From the human T2T-CHM13v2.0 reference genome, Homo sapiens, in the NCBI RefSeq assembly GCF_009914755.1, contig NC_060929.1: a DNA stretch of 64,000 nucleotides. One strand, 5' to 3'. Shown here piece by piece: positions 55,288-64,000 of this stretch. The translations under genes were made by a program, and so were the position numbers. Numbering within the stretch: position 1 is the stretch's first letter; each line of letters opens with the position of its first letter. The notes below the pieces were generated by a model. That model had not been told where the DNA came from. It worked only from the letters and a program-made list of their open reading frames with translations, and did no database searches.

Positions 55288-56477
55288 TCAGGCCTGGGGG
55301 CCATCACCAGATGCGTTGGTTGTTTCCTGCTGGTTCATTCATTCATTCATTAATCCATTCATTCCATAGATGTTTATTGTCTGTCTGCTTTGTGCCAGGC
55401 AAGCAGTTGTTCAGGATACAAAAGTTAATAAGGTAAATGAGATCCTTACCCTCATGGAAATTGCTCTGTGGTAAAGGAAGGCAGATATTAAATGCACAAA
55501 AACATGTCAAACAATCTTCCAGATTGATAAATACTATGAAGAATGCACGTAGGATGCTGGTGAGAGAGTAACCAAGGGTGGAGGGACTGTTCTAAACAGG
55601 CCTCTGAAAGAAGAAATGGAGGAAGAGGACAGCCAACACCAAGCACAGAGGCAGAGAGTAAGTTAAAGGAAGGCCTCTGTGACTGGAGTGCAATCCCCCA
55701 CCACCAGGGCAGGGGTGCTGTCTGTTTTCCTCTATCTCTAATGCCTAGGCTAAAGGCTGGAGAAATAGCTGTTGAATGAATGAATGAGGTAGGAGGGGAA
55801 GAGAGCAATGTGAAATGAGGTTGGAGAGGGAGGCAGGGGCTGATCCTGGGAGGGTGGGATGGGGGATAACTGTCTCTGCATAACACATTTGGAATTTATT
55901 CTAATTCAGTGGAGAGACAATGAAGGATTTTAAGCAGGTACTGGCATGATCAGATGTACACTGTTTAGAAGAAATCACTGTGGCAGCTTGGAGAACAGAG
56001 CTGGATAAATGAATGGTGAATCCCAGCTTCTTTCAGAGTTCAGGGTCATATGGGTTAGGTATAATTTAACATTAAGTGAGCTTATGCTGAGAAATGGTGG
56101 CCAAAAAGAGCCAGCGTTATCTGAACGTATATATGATGAAAAGATTGGCTCTTCTCCTTGCTCACTCATCTCAATTCCATGAAATATATCTAGAATGAAT
56201 TGAAATGAAGATGCCTGATAAAGGGGGCAAAGGGCATGGGCAGCTTTGAAGACTCTCTTTCTATAGTTATCTCTGCTGATAGCATAAAGCTAGGAGACAA
56301 CACCTTGGCTTTCTCTGTTCCTTCCAGGGTGAGCTGCATGGAGAAGATGGGCCTCAGCCTAGACAGGAGCACATTAATAATAGCGCAGAGCTAATATTTA
56401 TTGATCTAGAGACCTTTATGAGTTCTTTTATCTATTGTCTCACTTAATCCTCCAAACAAACTTCTGGAGTAAGTACT

Positions 56478-56892
56478 GTGGTGATGTCTCCTACGTGTTC
56501 ACCAAGCTGTTTCCTCTTCCCCTAGGGCACACAGTCAAACTACATTCCCCAGCCTCCTTGCAGATAGGTGCAGCCACATGACTGAGTCCTTGCCATTGGA
56601 ATGTGGACAGAGGAGATGGAAACCTTCCCCAGGCCTGGGCTAGAAAAAAAGCCCATGTGGTCCTCCACATCTTCTTTTTTTCCTCATATATCAACAGAAT
56701 GCAGAGGAGGACAAGGCTCTGGAAGATGCTGGAATCATGTGATTGAAAAGCCTGGGTTTCTGATCAATGAGGGAGAATAGGACCACCCTGCCAAACAGCA
56801 CTGGATTATGATATGAGCAAGAAATAGGCCTTTATTGTGTCAGGCTACTGAGATTTCAAGTCGTTTGCTAGAGCAGTTAGCCAGCTCTGATA
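56478..56892. mobile_element. MLT1 (MaLR) LTR remnant
   Basis: actacattccccagcctccttgcagataggtgcagccacatgactgag ... ctactgagatttcaagtcgtttg. Confidence 0.65.
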
Positions 56893-57529
56893 GGTGCCAT
56901 TGTACTTCTCATTTAATAGAAGAGGAAGCTGAGCTCTAGAGAAATTCCTGAGTTTGTGAGTAGCATGGAACTGAATCTAGGGTTTAAGGTTTGTGGGACA
57001 CTAGAATTAGAAAATCCCTTCAACCAGTTCCATATTTTAAATTCCTATATTATGGTTTGCTTTCAAGTTTCAAGTATCATATGACAGTGAACCTCCAGAG
57101 ATACTCTTGAGGATATTTCAAGAAATTGGTTCCATATGAAAAACAATGCTGGTATAAAAGCAATGGAACTTCTTATTCTTATTCCAATAGCTGAATATTT
57201 ACTTGGAAATCAGAATACCTCAGTACATTCTAATTGGTCCTCTTCATTTTTAACTGGGCACACTGGGGTTAGAAATCTAACACAAGGGAATTATATTTTA
57301 AAATTAAATTATATTTTAAAAATAATGCATGGATAGCCCGTTTCCCAGTTCTTAGTCCCATTTGCTTCATTGCAAATGAAGTGATGAAATGAAGTCATTG
57401 GCTTCATCACGAAGTGCCAAAACTTTTCAAGTTACTGGAGCGTAAGTTGCATGAGAGCAGGGCCTTTGTTTGCCAGTCTGAATTCCTAGATCCTAGAATG
57501 GTGCCAGGCACATTATAGATGCTGAGTAA

Positions 57530-57955
<426 letters not shown>

Positions 57956-58048
57956 TGATATGATCATTGTTACCAACTCATTAGCTGAAACTTGTCAGGA
58001 TTTTTGATGAGTGCTCCAAACAATCTTGTCCTTTGTACTACTGTACTA

Positions 58049-58129
58049 TCTCACATCCAATTACTAACCAGGCCTAACCCTGCTTAACTTCTGAGGTCAG
58101 GTGCGTTCAGGGTGGTTCTGGCCATAGAC
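58049..58129 (-). pseudogene. 5S rRNA pseudogene fragment (3'-truncated, short internal deletion)
   Basis: Plus strand catccaattactaaccaggcctaaccctgctta...gcgttcagggtggttctggccatagac is the reverse complement of the 5' ~90 nt of 5S rRNA, with decay. Confidence 0.88.
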
Positions 58130-59379
58130 CACTGCACTGTCAAACGTGAGGTAGATGGCAATGAGTATATGCAGAAGTATGATTTAGAGATGTGGGAATT
58201 CAGTGCGAAAATGTGGTTGTGAATTAAACAATGGTAATGCAGTGTTAATTATTGTCTCCTAAATACAGTTTCAGACTTTAAGAGTTATTCTCTTTAAACA
58301 ACCGCAAGAAACCCCCCCACAAAACCCAACTCTTGCATAGTTTGGTGAAGGGGTGGGGTGGGAGGAGTGCTATCATTTTTCATACACCTACTTGGTGCCA
58401 AGAGCTTTGTATATTCTATCTCATAGAATCTTTACATGATCCTAAGGGGTTAGTAGTTTTAAGCCTATTTTACAGGCAAGGAAACTGAAATACAGATTAA
58501 GTAATTTGCCTAAGGCCATTGACTGAGTCCATGGTAGAGCTAGGGTTCAATACTTGTTTCTCTGACTCTGGAGAAAAAAATGTTCTTTCCACACATCATG
58601 GTGGTAGAATTTCATTTTGGGAATGAGCTCAGATGCTAAAAAATTCCTTTCTTTGTAATTGTAGCTGGATTCAAGGTTGTCTTACTTTCTAAAATGATGG
58701 TTCTTACTAGTGTAAGGATTGGTACCCTATATTTTTGTTTCATTTGGCATTGCCTCAAGGGTCCTCCTGAAAGTGCAGTTGGCAAACATTTATTTTTATA
58801 AGATATATACACATACATAATACATATTCTCCCACCCAGTTCACCGTCACCACAAAACTTGAGAACATCTTGAAAATAACTGGTGATCCTCTGAATGGCT
58901 CCAAATCAAGACCCAAATTACTTCATTACTTTTCTAAATACTTGTGCAATATAAATGGGCTGTGAACACTCAGTCAAGTAAAGGGAAATTTCCTGCCGCT
59001 TTTTTTTCTTTTTCTTTTTTTCATTTGGGCTGATGAGAAATAAGAATAAATCCTCTTAGAGTTAATAATGTGAAAACCAAAGCTTTCAAAAGCAGCTCAA
59101 AGGCAGCGGTTGGTATTGCACACTTTATTTAGGAACATTTTCCTACAACTGCTTCCTTCTCCTTTCTTCTTCTTCTTTCTTCAACTTCTGTTGGGCCCGC
59201 AGAAATTGTAGTTGTCTTATGTTAAAATTCTGGTGACCAGTTAAGGGGCAAACATCAGGCTTAGCAATTGGTATCTGTACTAAGCAGTGACAGAAATCAC
59301 GATTAAGCTGTGATGCACATAAAGGCAGATGCTGTGGCATATTCACCATGGTATGCTCCCTGCACTGAGCACACAGTAA

Positions 59380-60220
59380 GTGTTCAAGAAATGCTTACTG
59401 GAAGAATTAATTAGTGAATTGCAGCTTATCAAAGATCACTTGGACTCATAGGGAATATAAAATCAGAGTCTGTTGGATAAGACAGCCATCTGTGTTCAAG
59501 TTATGGAGACCTTTCCAACCAGTTACTTCCTGGAGTTTCACTGAGGGATAAACTGAGCCTTCGAAGCATCTAGGAGCTGACAATCTAGCAGTCACTATCA
59601 GGCATGTTGCAACAAACACCCAGATGGCCCTGGTGACGGGAGAATTCTACTCTTCTGAAAATCAAAAAGTATTGATTGGCTCAAAGAGTGAGGAGGAACA
59701 CATATTCAGTTAAAAATATAAGCTCTCCAGAATGTTTTGAGGGGAAATGTTAAGTTTTGGTTGACTTGGGATCTGATTTTAGATTGCTGATAAGACAAAA
59801 TGTATGTTCTAACTGTTGGGTGCATAGTAGGGTTGCTTTGGAACAGTGTCTTGTGTTGATGAGTAATTCTGCGCCTTGAACCTGTGCCACCACAATTTCA
59901 GTTAAAGGCTTACAAGTCCTATCAGCTTCTCAGAACATTTTTTTTTTTTTCAAAACCACTTTTGTGTTTTCTGAACCAGAAATCTGCTTTAGTGCTTAGC
60001 AGGTTTCATGTTTCAGAACTGTACTTTTAGAGTGTCTCTAGACAACACTGAAAGGCACACAGAGAGAAATGTTGATGTGGCTGGGTGCTTGGTTTGTTCC
60101 CCGTCTTGGTTGGCGGTTCGGGGCGGGGTGGTGGAGGGGAAGGGTTAAGAATTATAGCAGGTGTCTGCTGGCTGAGAGGTCAGTAAACAATTCCAGATGC
60201 TTTGAAGGATCTAGAATTTC
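59380..60220. promoter_or_regulatory. Candidate intronic T-cell enhancer (ANKRD55 intron 6)
   Basis: Alu-free segment with ATCAAAG 59428, ACCACA 59889, TTCTCAGAA 59927, GGGGCGGGG 60120, GTAAACA 60183 and CTTTGAA 60200; short motifs alone are weak evidence. Confidence 0.45.
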
Positions 60221-61074
60221 CAGCAGCTTGGCTCTGGTTGACATTTAAAAATTAACATACTTAATCCTCTAATCATATATGATCACCCCCAACAAAAGTG
60301 ATAGAGGGTCTCCCTTAGATAAAAAATTGGAATTAATATGTACTTTAAAAGTAGATCTAGTTTTAAAAACTAGATGGTGTTACAAGTACAGTAATGAAAG
60401 CCATTTTCTTTCATTTTTATTTGAAAAACAATCTTATACATCAGAAAGCTTAGTAAATTAATTCATTGTCTTTGTTTTGGAATTTCCTAAACTGAGTAGA
60501 TAGACGGTGAGCATCACGATAGCCAAAGACTGTAACTGAAGGCCAAGAATACTCTGAGGTTGGATTTTAGGGCACTAGGAAGGGCCGCTAATAACGACAC
60601 TCTTTAAAAACTCTCACTTTCTCCCTGTAATAATTATAAGAATAATATGTCTGACATTTTTAAAAAAAGACTTTAGAATGGGAGTTTTCATAATTTAAAT
60701 CAGACAAGAAAAACAATAAAACGAACTTAGGCCATGGAAGTCTAGGAGCCAATTCTAACAAGAACAAACTTATAAAACAAAGCCTTCAGAATAGAAGCCT
60801 AAGTTGATAGATTTAATTTTCAACAAAAAAAGAACATCTACATTCTTCTGCACTAAACTGTGAACTCCATCATAGCAGGGATGAAGCCCACATGAGACAT
60901 GGCAGGTACTGAACAAATATTTGTTGAATAATTAAAATAAAACAATCTTCCTGTTCCAAGGAGATCACCTTGGGAGGCTATACAATTATTCTACTCATTG
61001 CTCAAAATACTTTTGGGAGGTTTTTTTTTGGAAATTGCCACTAGAGCAAGAGCTCTATCCATGGATAGAAATAA

Positions 61075-62535
<1,461 letters not shown>

Positions 62536-62991
62536 TAAAGTCTACAGGACATTTTTAAAAAATTCTAATTGGTATAAAATTTTATTTACTTATTTATATC
62601 TCATAAACACCTCTAATACCATGAAAATCTTAGTTTTTTGAGAGTAGGTTTTGGAAATAACAGTCACCTGGAGTCAAGTCTGGGAAATAAATTGGATAGC
62701 TGAGTCAACAAAACAAAAGAAGAAAGGGCCATAAAATAAAATAACATGACTTTTTCTTGAATTTAATTCTTTCTTTCTCCCTAGATATAACATATCGAGA
62801 TATAATATATATCTAGGCTGGGCGTGGTGGCTCACGCCTATAATCCCAGCACTTTGGGAGGCCGAGGCAGGTGGATCACTTGAGGACAGGAGTTCGAGAC
62901 CAGCCTGGCTAACCTGGTGAAACCCCATCTCCACAAAAAATACAAAAATTAACCGGGCATGGTGGCAGGCACCTGTAATCCCAGCTACTTA

Positions 62992-63111
<120 letters not shown>

Positions 63112-63244
63112 CTATATATATATATATGTGTGTGTGTATATATATGTATATATACGTGTGTATATATACATATACATACACACGTATATGTGTGTATATA
63201 CACATATATGTATATATGTATATATGTGTGTGTATATATATATA
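63112..63244. repeat. Compound (TA)/(TG)/(CA) alternating purine-pyrimidine tract
   Basis: Directly visible after the Alu tail. Confidence 0.9.
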
Positions 63245-63471
63245 AAAAATTTTTGTGCCTCACTAAAGCTTTTGTGCAAGCTACTGAACTAGAAACTGGG
63301 GATACAAAGATAAAAAAAGGCATGGTCTGCCTCTAGAAGTTTATAGGGTTGGAGGAGAGTGGGAGAGGAAGGTGGGGGCTCCTAAGTAGTGGTGACCCTA
63401 CTCCATTTTTTTTTTTTTTAGATGTTCGGTCTTAGGCTAAAACTTCTGATTCATTAAAAACTTTTGTTTGT

Positions 63472-63710
63472 GCGGAAGGCCGCAGGGTCCTCTGCCTAGG
63501 AAAACCAGAGACCTTTGTTCACTTGTTTATCTGCTGACCTTCCCTCCACTATTGTCCCATGACCCTGCCAAATCCCCCTCTGTGAGAAACACCCAAGAAT
63601 TATCAATAAAAAAATAAATTAAAAAAAAAAAAAACAACAAAAACAAAAACAAAAACAAAAAAATAAATGAATAAAATAAAACAAGTACAAATTTAAACTA
63701 GAAAAAAAAA
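63472..63710 (+). mobile_element. 5'-truncated SVA (SVA_F-like SINE-R 3' end) with A tail and short 3' transduction
   Basis: gcggaaggccgcagggtcctctgcctaggaaaaccagagacc...cccaagaattatcaataaa; perfect 16-bp TSD aaaaacttttgtttgt (63456-63471, 63711-63726) at a tt/aaaa L1 endonuclease site. Confidence 0.92.
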
Positions 63711-64000
63711 AAAAACTTTTGTTTGTTATGTTACCTTTTGCTAACTGTAAAGTTAAAAATTTCAAGTCAGGGACTGTTTCTTCTGCTTTTGGTTCTATCT
63801 CAGGAATGTGGTAAGTAGAAGTGATGCTAAGAATTATGTCCAAAAGGTCACATCTGTTTTTGCAACTTAAATTTATTTTCTCAGAGTGGTTCTACAATTG
63901 AAGTTTTGTTTGTCAGACTGCTCACAAAAATCTGCTTACATAAGAATGTGCATTTAATATATCCTAAACAATATATATATCCTAAATGCTGTGCATAACA

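Noticed and set aside
57376-57415. Box C/D snoRNA suggested by GTGATGA
   Set aside because: On the strand opposite the host transcript, with no box D or terminal stem at a suitable distance

Overview
Human genomic DNA, very Alu-rich, containing the 3' half of ANKRD55 (ankyrin repeat domain 55; known locus 5q11.2, near IL6ST) on the minus strand. Six coding exons are visible (55212-55084, 39535-39351, 29212-29045, 24174-23510, 14984-14892, 12702-12581; probably exons 7-12). All have canonical AG/GT sites (terminal exon: acceptor only), and they splice in frame to 453 aa plus TAA. About 12 kb of downstream intergenic DNA lies at the left. The rest is mostly retroelements: about 55 Alus, a long old L1MC-like element carrying nested insertions, DNA transposon fossils, a full-length RPL17 processed pseudogene, U6 and 5S pseudogenes, a young AluYa5 and a 5'-truncated SVA_F-like element with a 3' transduction. 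I see no convincing novel multi-gene system. The best leads are: a candidate intronic-polyadenylation isoform of ANKRD55 (exon 10 read-through, stop, then AATAAA); a probable Alu-Alu recombination deletion in intron 7; the SVA transduction; an AluYa5 replacing half of an older Alu; and a repeat-poor intron 6 segment with T-cell factor motifs and a G-quadruplex. Repeat family names and most repeat boundaries were assigned by eye and are approximate.
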